From positions 129,680 to 193,679 of the forward strand of contig CAWJTV010000030.1 in assembly GCA_963845755.1 (NCBI GenBank): 64,000 bases of DNA, read 5' to 3'. Every line of letters starts with the position of its first letter. Position 1 is the stretch's first letter. The notes beneath the pieces are model-generated. The model did no database searches and was not told where the DNA came from. It worked only from the letters and a program-made list of their open reading frames with translations. This document shows, piece by piece, positions 1-12,059 of the stretch. The translations under genes were made by a program, and so were the position numbers. The DNA is from an uncultured Planctomycetota bacterium. Its GTDB lineage: Bacteria > Planctomycetota > Planctomycetia > Isosphaerales > Isosphaeraceae.

Positions 1-299
1 AGAGTCTTCAAGAGCGCGACGAGCCGTTTCCCGATATCTGGCTGATTGACGGCGGCAAGGGGCAGCTCTCCGCCGCACTCGCCGCATTCGATACGCTCAA
101 AGTCGTGCCGCCGACTGTCATCGCCCTGGCCAAGCAAGACGAGGAAATCTACTTGCCCGGCCGATCCGATCCGATCGTGTTGAGCCGCCGATCGTTCGCA
201 CTCCGCCTCCTGCAATACGTCCGCGACGAGGCCCACCGGTTCGCCCGGCATTACCATCATCTGCTTCGCAAGAAGCGAACCCTGGGTGACGATGAATGA
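1..299 (+). CDS. uvrC: Excinuclease ABC subunit C, 3' part (truncated by window edge)
   Basis: Frame from nt 3 reads ...FPDIWLIDGGKGQL...ALAKQDEEIYLPG...LLQYVRDEAHRFA, the UvrC RNase H-like endonuclease motifs. Confidence 0.9.
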   Translation, partial: SLQERDEPFPDIWLIDGGKGQLSAALAAFDTLKVVPPTVIALAKQDEEIYLPGRSDPIVLSRRSFALRLLQYVRDEAHRFARHYHHLLRKKRTLGDDE

Positions 300-597
300 C
301 GAGCTGCCCGCTGGAAATCGCCAGGATCCTGCTCGAGATGATCGGGTGGGGACTACTGAAGATCCGCGCCCTGGGGTGGAATGGACAGGCGGATCGCCGA
401 TCGGTCGAAGCGGATCACCTCCATAACTTACCCGATCTGCTGGCGAAGTATGATCCCGTGCAGTTACTCTACTATTGGGACATGGAGCGGGTCGGCACCA
501 TGGACGCGACGACGCTGGAGTTTGTCGCGGCATTGCCGCCGCTCTGGCAACAGCTCGAACCCCACGTCGAGGCAAACCGGAGGACCATCGCACACTC

Positions 598-601
<4 letters not shown>
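296..601 (+). CDS. Hypothetical protein, 101 aa
   Basis: ATGA overlaps with both uvrC and the downstream ABC-F gene (translational coupling); no recognised motif. Confidence 0.6.
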
Positions 602-2508
<1,907 letters not shown>

Positions 2509-2515
2509 TTCTCCC

Positions 2516-2596
2516 GTTGCGAATTGCTGGCTGCGAGTTGCCGGCAATCCCCGTCTTCACCCACAACTCGCGATTCTCGACTCGCAACTCACAGCC
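2516..2596. repeat. Inverted degenerate heptamer arrays (GTTGCGA-type / CGCAACT-type) filling the intergenic gap
   Basis: GTTGCGA ATTGCTG GCTGCGA GTTGCCG ... CACAACT CGCGATT CTCGACT CGCAACT CACAGCC. Confidence 0.6.
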
Positions 2597-3460
2597 ATGC
2601 CCGATCCCCGCAAGATGCTGACGACCATCCGCCGCGCGACCGAACTGATGCGGGCGACCCCAGGGCGATCGGGTGGTATCGTCGTGCCGGAGCGGGCCGA
2701 CGAGATCCTGGTCGTCGGCGACCTGCATGGGAACGTGCCGGCGTTCAAGAAGGTGCTGATGCTTGCGGCCCTGGATCGCAACCACTGCCGGCACCTTGTC
2801 TTGCAGGAGCTGATCCACGGGAAGATCGAATACCCCAACGACGGCGGCGATCGCTCGCATCAGCTCCTGGACCTCTTCACGGCACTCAAGTGCCAGTATC
2901 CGGATCGTGTCCACCTGATCCTGGGAAACCATGAGCTAGCCGAGCTGACCGGGCGGATCATCGGCAAGGACGGCAAGGCCCTCAACCTGACGTTCCGCAT
3001 GGGGATCTCGACGGGCTATGGTTCATCGGCCGCCGAGATCTACGAGGCATACAAAGGGCTATTCGCCGCATTGCCCCTGGCTATCCGTACCGCGAATCGC
3101 GTTTTCGTATGCCACACGCTCCCCGACGAGGACGATCTCGATAACCTTGACCTGGAACTCCTGAAGGCTGAAACCTGGCCGCCCGAGGCGATGCAGCGAC
3201 ATGGGACCATCTACGCCCTGACCTGGGGCCGCGATACGGATCCCGCGGTCGCCGATCGGTTCGCAGCCATGGTTGACGCCGACTGGTTCATCTGCGGCCA
3301 TCAGCCCTGCGATGAGGGATTCCGACAGGCCAACCACCGCCAGATCATCATCGACGGCACCGACCCGTTTCCGGCCTATTGCCTGTTTCCCGCCACGGCG
3401 GCCACCACGATCGAAGAGCTTCTGAGATGCGTCCACGTCATGGATGTTGTCGAAGGGTGA
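2597..3460 (+). CDS. Calcineurin-like metallophosphoesterase
   Basis: GDLHG, LGNHE, VCH and CGH metal-binding motifs. Confidence 0.85.
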   Translation: MPDPRKMLTTIRRATELMRATPGRSGGIVVPERADEILVVGDLHGNVPAFKKVLMLAALDRNHCRHLVLQELIHGKIEYPNDGGDRSHQLLDLFTALKCQYPDRVHLILGNHELAELTGRIIGKDGKALNLTFRMGISTGYGSSAAEIYEAYKGLFAALPLAIRTANRVFVCHTLPDEDDLDNLDLELLKAETWPPEAMQRHGTIYALTWGRDTDPAVADRFAAMVDADWFICGHQPCDEGFRQANHRQIIIDGTDPFPAYCLFPATAATTIEELLRCVHVMDVVEG

Positions 3461-3652
3461 TCAGACACGGCGCACTGCTCCAGGGAAAACCCACGGCGTT
3501 CCTCCTTCCAAACAAGTCAGTCGACCCGCTAGCGTCCGAAGAATTCACCAATTCTCAACATGCCGAGGGGAATGCGCCGATACCAAGACGAGGCTGGAAG
3601 CTTCACCGGGATGATACGCGCTGCGGGTCCTCAGGCGAAGGAGGCCGGGCCG

Positions 3653-4936
3653 ATGATGGGCGCCTTTTTGGTGAAGCGAGTTCGGCTCCCGCTGGCAGGG
3701 ATGGCTGCCCTTTTCCTAGCCGGATTCGGGCTGACGCTGGCTCGAGCCCAAGAAGGGATTGTTCCCTCAACAACCGCCTCCGCCACTTCCGCGGTCGCAG
3801 ACCCGGCACCACCTCCCGTCGTCGTCCCCGGCGACCTGGCCGACCCCGAGGAACCGCAGGCAAGTCCCCCTGCGATCCCCCGTCCACCGACCTACCTTCC
3901 CGAGACGGAACCGACCCGGGTCCCGATGGGACCGCTCGACGTGATCCACGAGTCGATTTTCGGCGCGGCCTCAGAGGAGGACTGGAATCCACTCAGCCTG
4001 TCTACATTCTTCAGCGAGGGCTGGGATAAGCCGTTTGTCAGGTCGCCGGAGGGGACCAACGGAGCCCCCAAGCAGAACTGGTTCGGGTCCGCTGATGGCA
4101 TCTTCGTGCGACTCAACTCGCTGAATTTCTTCTTCACGGACAACATGACCACGAACCAGGGGCTGCTGCTGACACCAATCCCCTGGGCGCCCACGAAACC
4201 GAAGACGAATGGCAACGAATACTTCGCGACGTATAACCTCTACATGCCGCTGAATCAGCGCCTGGAACTCCTGGCCGTCGTCCCCTTCATCGCCTCCAAC
4301 ACGACGAGCCCCACCGGCCACTACGTCGGCAACTTCGGGGACTTGACGATCTCCGGGCGGTTCCGTCTGGTCGAGCAGAGAAACTTCAGCCTTCAGGCCT
4401 TGCTGACGGAGCGGACCCCCACGGGCCAGACGGTCAACGGCAATGACATCAATTTCATCACTCCGGCCGTCGAGTTCTGGTGCAACTTCGCCCCAAGGTG
4501 GGTGCTACGCGGCGGTACGGGGATGAACATCGACACAGGCCGCAAGTCGGCGACCGACACGTACTTCACGAACCTGGCAATGGGACGCTACCTCACCACA
4601 AAAGACGCGTACGTATTCAAGGATCTGGTCGCCCACGTCGTGGTCTCGACGCTATCGGACGTCCTGGGCCGGAAAGGCTACATCACCGACGTTTACATCG
4701 CGCCGGGCATCCGGTTCGGGCTGGGCCGAGACCAGAATTGGTTCGTGCTCAGCGCCATCCAGGTGCCCGTCAGCGGGCCTCATCCCTACGATTGGCAGCC
4801 CTGTTTCGCTCTGGGGCGCAACTATCGACCGAGAGTGTGGCGATTGACACCACTCGGCTTAACTCAGGCCCGAAGCACCTGCCAGAATTGGCGGAGTGCC
4901 GGGAAGACGTCCGCCCGGAAGCCGCGCTGGCCGTAG
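3653..4936 (+). CDS. Exported hypothetical protein, probable outer-membrane beta-barrel (true end may be 4828)
   Basis: AAGGAGG SD before ATG 3653; signal peptide (…LTLARA-QE), Pro-rich linker, then amphipathic beta-strand patterns rich in aromatic residues. Confidence 0.6.
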   Translation: MMGAFLVKRVRLPLAGMAALFLAGFGLTLARAQEGIVPSTTASATSAVADPAPPPVVVPGDLADPEEPQASPPAIPRPPTYLPETEPTRVPMGPLDVIHESIFGAASEEDWNPLSLSTFFSEGWDKPFVRSPEGTNGAPKQNWFGSADGIFVRLNSLNFFFTDNMTTNQGLLLTPIPWAPTKPKTNGNEYFATYNLYMPLNQRLELLAVVPFIASNTTSPTGHYVGNFGDLTISGRFRLVEQRNFSLQALLTERTPTGQTVNGNDINFITPAVEFWCNFAPRWVLRGGTGMNIDTGRKSATDTYFTNLAMGRYLTTKDAYVFKDLVAHVVVSTLSDVLGRKGYITDVYIAPGIRFGLGRDQNWFVLSAIQVPVSGPHPYDWQPCFALGRNYRPRVWRLTPLGLTQARSTCQNWRSAGKTSARKPRWP

Positions 4937-6733
4937 ACGATGGCGACGAAGTATCCGACCACGCGAGTGGCGTCCGTGCGCAGATCATCCCGTGTTTGCC
5001 CGAGTCGTTGGGCAAACTCGATCGGCGTTTCGTGGGGCGATCGGGCCAGGTTGTGCTCCCAGGCCCAGGCTTCGAGGGCCTCGAAGCTGTAGAGGATCAG
5101 GTCATCGGGGCTAAACTGATGGTCCAGCCCCGCGTCGAAGGGATTGACGTACGAGGCAAACGGTCGGGGCGGCGCGGCCGGCTCTGGCGGCTGGTCCTTC
5201 GGTTTCTTTTCCGGTTGGGCGATGAACAAACCTCCGAACAGCGATCGGATCAAGTCGAGGAGTGCCTCTGAGCAAATCCCGGCCGTAGCGAAGCAGGCCG
5301 AGGACCAAGACCACGACTCCCACGGCGATGATGAGCGGCATCAACCAGGACGGCACCACGAAGGGGAGCGACGGCAAACGGAGTGGCGGGTTCGACGGGT
5401 TGCTCGGGCTCTGATTCTCCTTTGGGGAGCTCTCGTTGTCTGGTTTCGAGGCACCTTTGTCGTTCTGGTCGGAGTCGCGGTTGTCATCTTTGCTACGATC
5501 CTCCGTGTTCTCGGAGCGGCCGTCCTCACTCTTGCCTCGTTCTTGAGATTTCTCGTCGGCGGAGCCTTTTTTCCCAGGAGAACCGGATTGCGAACGAGAC
5601 GGCTTGCCCCGCGGCGCGCCGCTCTTTGAGCGCCCGGGTCCCTTCGAACCCCCAGGGCGTCCCTTGCCGGCGGTCTGCTGTCCGGCTTTGGGGTCATTCT
5701 CCTCGCCCGAGCCCTCGGCCTGTTTCGCGGACTGCGGTTGGTTCTGACCCTTGGATGCAGCCGGTCCCTCGCTCTGGGCCCCCTCGCCCTGGACGCCGCT
5801 GTCCTTCAGAATCGCATGGCGCGAGGCGCGGAGGTCGCTTGGCTCGCCCGTCGCACCTCGAAGGACGCTCCAGCCCGAGCCGGGCAGCGGCACGGCCGCC
5901 GCCAGTACGACAAGACCCACGATCAGGATGGAACCGATCGAGAGCCATGTCGCTGTCATGGCCGCGGGCATCTTGAGCTTTCGCCGACGGAGGTATCGCC
6001 GCAAGTTGAGGAAGCTCGTCGCCAGCAGCAAGCCCATGCCGCTGGCGATGTACGCCAGGAAGTACACGAACAGCCAAGCACGGCGATCCTCCTCCACAGC
6101 CGGTACGAGCCACTGACCCAGGCCGAACAGCGGCAGCGAAGCCATCGTGAAGTAGACGAGCCAGACTCCCGGCGCATGCGGCCGGCGGGATTGTTCGGAA
6201 TCGAGCTCCCAGAGTTTCCACCAGGGACGAGGGGGCAGCAGCGACGTATCCATCGCGTCCGGATCGTCGTTGGATCTCGCGGTCGGGGCCGTGTCTGCTC
6301 CGCCCTGGTCGGCGAGCGCCGAAGGATCGAGGCCGCTCTGTTGCAATAGCCCGACCCCGACGTCCTGGTCCTCGTCGAGCAGCGTGCAGTCGAATGTCAA
6401 CTTGTGGGTCGCCCACCAGACGACGCCCATCACCACGATCAGAAACGGCTGAAACCCGGCCAGTTGTGTGGACACCAACGCCACGGCACCCCCGAGGGCC
6501 AGGCCGTACCCCTTGGCGATCGAAGTGCCGATCTGCATGCTGACTCGCGTGATCAACACAATCCCGAACACGAACCAGAAAAGGATCCAGCGCAGTCGGT
6601 CCAGGACTGGTCCCTCGTACCAGAGGTCGAGCAAAAAGAACATGAGGCTGCCGACCATAACCATGATCAGCCCCGGTTCGATCGCGGCGACCAGGTAATC
6701 GACCAGCGTGCCACGAGAACGGTTGCGGGCCAT
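4864..6733 (-). CDS. Multi-pass membrane protein with low-complexity linker and C-terminal DUF4129-like domain (one apparent frameshift near 5270)
   Basis: MARNRSRGTLVDYL... several TM helices, G/S/K/E-rich linker; C-terminal frame has FEALEAWA...RSPHETPIEFA...YG; third gene of a MoxR-DUF58 operon. Confidence 0.7.
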
Positions 6734-6752
6734 TTCGAGAGGCTCCGGCGGG

Positions 6753-8082
6753 TCAAAGGGGACTGACGAGCTGGAGCTCGCAGAAGCGGTACAGTTCTTC
6801 CTCGTCGGACAGTGCACGAACCGGGACGCCCTCGGCGATGAGCGGCCCGGCGGAGTCGATCCGCTCGACCTCGTCGAAGGCCAGGAGCACGACGCTGACG
6901 GCGAATCCCTGTCGCTTGAGCCGGCCCAGCGACAGGGCCATCTCGGGCGTGACATCGGCCAGAACCGCGACGACCGTCGCATCGCGAGGGAGACGCGGCT
7001 CGGCCTCGATCAGGAGCTGGTCGAACGTGAGACCGTCGGTCAGCTCGACGCGCGGCAAGGACCTCGCGAATCCTCGAGAAGCTCTCGGGGCCGCGGCTGG
7101 ATGGGACGATCAGCGGACGCAGCCGGTCGTCCTTCTCGCGCATCTCCGCCGCCTGGTGGGTGGCCTCGCGATTCGACCCGGTGACGCCCCGTTGCCGCGC
7201 GATCTCGTCGCGCAGGCGGAGGCGGTCCGCGGCATCGCGACCGTTGGTGATCAGCCCGATGGGCTGTCGCATCAGGCTCACGGCGTTGGCGAGCGCCACG
7301 GCGGTGGTTACGGCTAGCTCGGAACGGCCGGGTTCGTTTCGTGCGGCGTAACTCTTGCGGTGGAAATCCAGCAAGATCGTCGCACCGGCGATCGTCGAGG
7401 CATCGTAGATCTTGCTGTGCAGGACGCCGGTGCGGGCCGTGGCCCGCCAGTGGATGCGGTTGAACGCGTCGCCGGGCTGGTAGTACCGGACGCCGGCGAT
7501 CCGTGTCGGGTCCTCGAAAAGGCGGTGCGTCAGGCGGATCTCGCCAATCGGACGTCGCGACGCCAGGTCGTAGCCGGGCAGCGGGATCACCTTGGGATAA
7601 ACCATGATGTAGACCGGCTCGGTCACGATCCGGAACCGGCGGTGCAACCCGAACAGGTCGCCCGTCTCCAGCACAATCGGCCCGACCTGATAATAGCCAC
7701 GCATCGCGAAGTGGAGTTGATAATTCAGGGTCTTCTGTCCACGCGAGCCGAGCATCGACACGGCCAGGCGATGCCCTTTCACCTCAATGCGCGGCGGGCG
7801 GGATACGATCGCCCCGCGAGGCAGCATGTCCTCGATCAACACCCAGGCGACCGGCAAACGGCCCCGGTTGCGGATCGTGACGTTGAAGGCGATCGACTGG
7901 CCGACTTCCGCATCCGTCCGGTTGCACTCCCGGGTGGCTTCAAGGTTGGTGATCCAGGATCGGGCGAGGAAGCGGCTGACCAACATCAGGCCCAGCAGGG
8001 CGAGCATCGCGCAGACGACCAGCGTGAAGCCGCATACGGCCGCGATTACCAGGATTGCGACGATGGCGAGGAACCCGCGCAT
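6753..8082 (-). CDS. DUF58 domain protein (apparent frameshift near 7050)
   Basis: RGYY...GDLFGL...VYP...GVRYYQPGDAFNRIHWRATAR signature; directly downstream of MoxR. Confidence 0.85.
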
Positions 8083-9039
8083 CAGACCATGACCCTCGAA
8101 CTGGCTGTCGGTACAGACAACATGTCGAGGAGTTCCTCGACCACACTGCGGGACGTCACCTTACGCAGGCGGCTCTCGGGCTTGAGGATGATTCGATGGC
8201 CGAGGATGGCTGGCGCCAGCCGCTTGATGTCGTCGGGCGTGATGAAATCGTGTCCACGGATCGCCGCGAGCGCCTGCGACGCCCGGTACACGCGCCAGAG
8301 AGGCCCGAGGGCTGCCGCCGAGCAAGACATCCGGATGTTCGCGGGAGCGGCGGATCAACTCGACGATGTATCTGCCGAGCTTGTCCTCGACGTGAATATT
8401 CCTCACTGCCTCCTGGCACTGGAGGACCTCGTCGGCCGTGACCACGGCTTTCAAGCTATCGATCGGGTGCTTGAGCTGGAGTCGGGCCAGCATCGAGGCT
8501 TCCTCCTCGGCGGTCGGATATCCGAGACTGAGGCGGACGAGGAAGCGGTCGAGTTGGGCCTCGGGCAACGGGAAGGTACCTTCGTGGTCAACGGGGTTCT
8601 GGGTCGCGATCAGGAGGAACGGAGGAGTCAGGTCGTACGTCGTGCCGTTGACCGAGACTCTCCGTTCGGCCATCGCTTCCAGGAGCGCGGACTGGGTCCG
8701 CGGTGTCGCCCGGTTGATCTCGTCGGCCAGGAAGATCTGCGAGAAGATGGGGCCGGGCCGAAACTCGAACTGGGTCGTTTTCGGGTTGAAGATCGAGGCG
8801 CCCGTGATATCCGTCGGGAGCAGGTCCGGCGTGCATTGCACGCGCTTGAAGGCCGCACCCACACTGCTGGCCAGTGCCCTCGCGAGCATGGTCTTGGCCA
8901 CTCCAGGTACATCTTCCAGCAGGATGTGCCCCTCGGAAAAATAGGCGACGAGCGCCAGGATGATCTCCTGACGCTTGCCGATGACCACTTTTTCAATATT
9001 CGCGACGAGTTTCTTGCCGGTCGTCGAGACGTCCGCCAT
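8082..9039 (-). CDS. moxR: MoxR family AAA+ ATPase (apparent frameshift near 8290)
   Basis: HILLEDVPGVAKT, RVQCTPDLLPTDITG, LADEINRATPRTQSALLEAM, ATQNP, FPLPEAQLDRF. Confidence 0.93.
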
Positions 9040-9528
9040 GTGCCGATCCTTCTGTCCCAAGGCCCGCACGGAGCCGGGCGGCAACCCATCACGAAGGTTG
9101 CGAGCATCCCACAAACGTCAGGGGCATGTAACAGCTTAAGTTTTTTGCGATGGAATGCAACACCTGGGGATCTGCACGCCGCATGGTCCACTGCCCTTTC
9201 CCGCCTGTCGAGTGCTGTTGATCTGGGACGGGAGACCCGATCAAGAGCCCGGCAGCATCAATGGGAATCGTGGGCGACACGGCGCCCAGCCTCTGTTCCC
9301 ATGGTCTTATCCCGGCCAGACAGAATGGGTTGGAGGGCGCACTCGACGCATCTCGAATCCCATGAACATCAGCCTCACGGGCGGCTTAGGACAGCGGCAG
9401 GACGCTTGTGTTCGCCACTCGGCTGGTTACGATGGGGCTTCGGGCCGGTTGTCTCGGTGTTCCGGTCGCGTGGAGCGATGTCCTCTTGTTTGAGTGGAGC
9501 GCCAGCCGTGAACTCTTGGCTCCGTTCG

Positions 9529-12015
9529 ATGAGAATTGCCGGCGAGTCGATCGCGTGGCCTCTGATCGTTGTAGCGATTACCTCGCCGATGCCCGTTGCC
9601 GCCCAAGACACATCTCCGGCGGTCCTCTACACCGCGAGCGACTTCCCGGCGCTCGCCGACGGCGTCGATCCCGGATTCGCTGGTGAGGCGTCCGTTTATG
9701 TCTGGTCTTCGTCGCAGGACGAGTGGAGCGTGAAGCCCGTAAGCGAAAGCCTCGCCTTGACTCACCACAACCGTGCGGGCGATCCGGCGCCTCGATGGCA
9801 GCAACTCGGCAAGGTCCAACTCACAAAGGGCCATCCGCTCAAAATCGTCCTGAGCTATGAGTCACCCCATGACGATGATCACTCGAAATCGTCCACGACA
9901 TCCCAGGCGAAATCCAAGGAGCCAGGGAAGGAACGGTCGAACGAGAAGCGGCAACCCAAGCCCGTGCCGGCGCTCTTGTGGTTCTCCTCCCGCACCGATC
10001 CTGGCGCGACGCCCGACCTGGATCTGATCCGGGGGCGCGTCGAGACGACCGAGCCGTCGCCGGATCGACGCCGCTCCGAAGTGCGAACAAACTACCAGGG
10101 AGCGGACTTCCAGGCGCCGACCAAGGCCGCAGCCTGGCGCGACCGCGCCGAGCATCTCCGCGACCAGATGCGCGTAACGCTGGGCTTGTGGCCGATGTTC
10201 CCGAAGACGCCCCTGAGACCCAGGATCTACGGCAGGCTTCAACGCGACGGCTACACGATCGAGAAGGTCGTGCTCGAGACTTTTCCCGGGTTCACGCTCA
10301 GCGGCAACCTCTACAGGCCGTCCCAGGCGACCGGCCGCATCCCGGGCGTCCTCTGTCCACACGGCCATTGGGCCGACGGCCGGGTGAACCCCGAAGTGCA
10401 GCAGCGCTGTATCCGATGGGCGAAGCTGGGTTGCGTCGTCTTCCTTTACGACATGGTCGGCTACAACGACAGCAAGCCGTTCCCCCATGAATTCCTCAAC
10501 GATCACCTGCGGCGATGGGGCTTGAGTCTCCCGACGCTCCAGACCTGGAACAGCATCCGGGCTCTCGACTGGTTGACCGCGTTGCCCGATGTGGACATCA
10601 CCCGCATCGGCTGCACCGGCGAGTCCGGCGGCGGCACCCAGACGTTCCTCCTCACCGCGGTGGACGATCGGATCAAGGTCTCGGCGCCGGTGGTCATGGT
10701 CTCCGACACATTTCAGGGTGGCTGCGTCTGCGAGAACGCCGCGGGACTGCGCCACGGTACCGACAATGTCGAGTTTGCTGCACTCTGCGCACCCCGGCCT
10801 TTGATCCTCGTCGGAGCCAGCGGCGACTGGACCGCAAAGACGATGGAACGCGCCTTTCCAGCCATCCGGGGCGTCTATTCCCTCGTCGGCTCGACCGAAA
10901 ATGTCAGCGCCCAGGTGTTCGACTTCCCGCATAACTATAACCAGACGAGCCGGAACGCGGTCTACGCAGCGATGGGACACCGGCTCCTGGGCATCGACGA
11001 CCCGGAGACCACCAAGGAAGGGAAGCAGGAGACCGAGAAGCCGGAGGCCCTGTTCACGTTCAACTCGGAGCATCCCGCCCCAAAGGATCGGAAGACTCCC
11101 GAGCAACTGGAGACTTATCTGATCGACACGCTGAAGCGACTGATCGGCGATCTTGCTCCCACGCACGGACCGGCCACCTGGGAAGCCTCGCGTCGGCTAC
11201 TTCTGACGAGTCTGAAAGTCCGGACCGGAGTCGTCAACCCGCCAATGGACTCGCTGAGCTCCCGCGAGGTCCGTCGGATCGCACGCGAGGAGTTCACCGT
11301 CATCCACACAATTCTGGGCCGCCGGGCAACGGGCGAGGCCATTCCGGTCGTGCAACTGATTCCCGCGCACCCCTCGGGAAGGATCACACTGATCGCTCAT
11401 CATCGCGGGAAGGCGGCGCTGGCTGCTAGCTCGGGCGAACCGTCTGCCCTGGTCCGGTCGTTACTGGCTCGCGGCCACATCGTCGTCGGATTCGACCCGC
11501 TGTTTATCGGCGAGTCGATCGACCCGCGTGATTCCGTGGTGCATCGTCCGGACACAGCCCACTACGAGACATATAATTCTGTAACGGCGGCCGATCAGAT
11601 GCAAGACCTCGCCACCGTGCTGGCCTGGGCGCGGTCCCAGCCCGAGGCCCAAGCCGTCAACCTGGTCGCACAAGGAGCCGCGGGCTACCAGGCGCTGGTC
11701 GCCCGCCCGCTGCTGGAAGGTCTGGCACGGACGGTCATCGAGCTCTCGGACTGGCCCTGGGGATCAGCGGGAGCAGAGCCCGCCAAATGGCCGGCGACGA
11801 TCGATCTACCCGGGTTGGAGCAGTTTGGCGGTCTCCAGGCCGCAGCCGCCCTTTCGGCCCCGGCACCGCTCTGGGTCTTCGGAAATCTCGCGGGTCTCGA
11901 GACCTCCTGGCCCAGAGCCGCTTATCGTCTGGCCGGCGCGCCTTCGCGCTTGAGAATGGAGTCGGACGAGCCCGGACCTGATGCAATCGCGCGCTGGCTC
12001 GATGCCGGCGAATGA
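9529..12015 (+). CDS. Exported acetylxylan esterase-like alpha/beta-hydrolase (start uncertain, 9478-9529)
   Basis: GNLYRP, LCPHGHW, RIGCTGESGGGTQT nucleophile elbow, GGCVCEN, HNYNQTSR; the upstream part of the 1551-aa ORF is antisense shadow of moxR/DUF58. Confidence 0.8.
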   Translation: MRIAGESIAWPLIVVAITSPMPVAAQDTSPAVLYTASDFPALADGVDPGFAGEASVYVWSSSQDEWSVKPVSESLALTHHNRAGDPAPRWQQLGKVQLTKGHPLKIVLSYESPHDDDHSKSSTTSQAKSKEPGKERSNEKRQPKPVPALLWFSSRTDPGATPDLDLIRGRVETTEPSPDRRRSEVRTNYQGADFQAPTKAAAWRDRAEHLRDQMRVTLGLWPMFPKTPLRPRIYGRLQRDGYTIEKVVLETFPGFTLSGNLYRPSQATGRIPGVLCPHGHWADGRVNPEVQQRCIRWAKLGCVVFLYDMVGYNDSKPFPHEFLNDHLRRWGLSLPTLQTWNSIRALDWLTALPDVDITRIGCTGESGGGTQTFLLTAVDDRIKVSAPVVMVSDTFQGGCVCENAAGLRHGTDNVEFAALCAPRPLILVGASGDWTAKTMERAFPAIRGVYSLVGSTENVSAQVFDFPHNYNQTSRNAVYAAMGHRLLGIDDPETTKEGKQETEKPEALFTFNSEHPAPKDRKTPEQLETYLIDTLKRLIGDLAPTHGPATWEASRRLLLTSLKVRTGVVNPPMDSLSSREVRRIAREEFTVIHTILGRRATGEAIPVVQLIPAHPSGRITLIAHHRGKAALAASSGEPSALVRSLLARGHIVVGFDPLFIGESIDPRDSVVHRPDTAHYETYNSVTAADQMQDLATVLAWARSQPEAQAVNLVAQGAAGYQALVARPLLEGLARTVIELSDWPWGSAGAEPAKWPATIDLPGLEQFGGLQAAAALSAPAPLWVFGNLAGLETSWPRAAYRLAGAPSRLRMESDEPGPDAIARWLDAGE

Positions 12016-12059
12016 CGGAATGCAACCGGGGCGACGCCGACGATTCGTCGGTATGATGA

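Noticed and set aside
7360..9528. 1551-aa giant ORF on the + strand
   Set aside because: The first ~720 codons are antisense shadow of DUF58/moxR plus intergenic DNA; only the part from about 9529 has protein-like motifs
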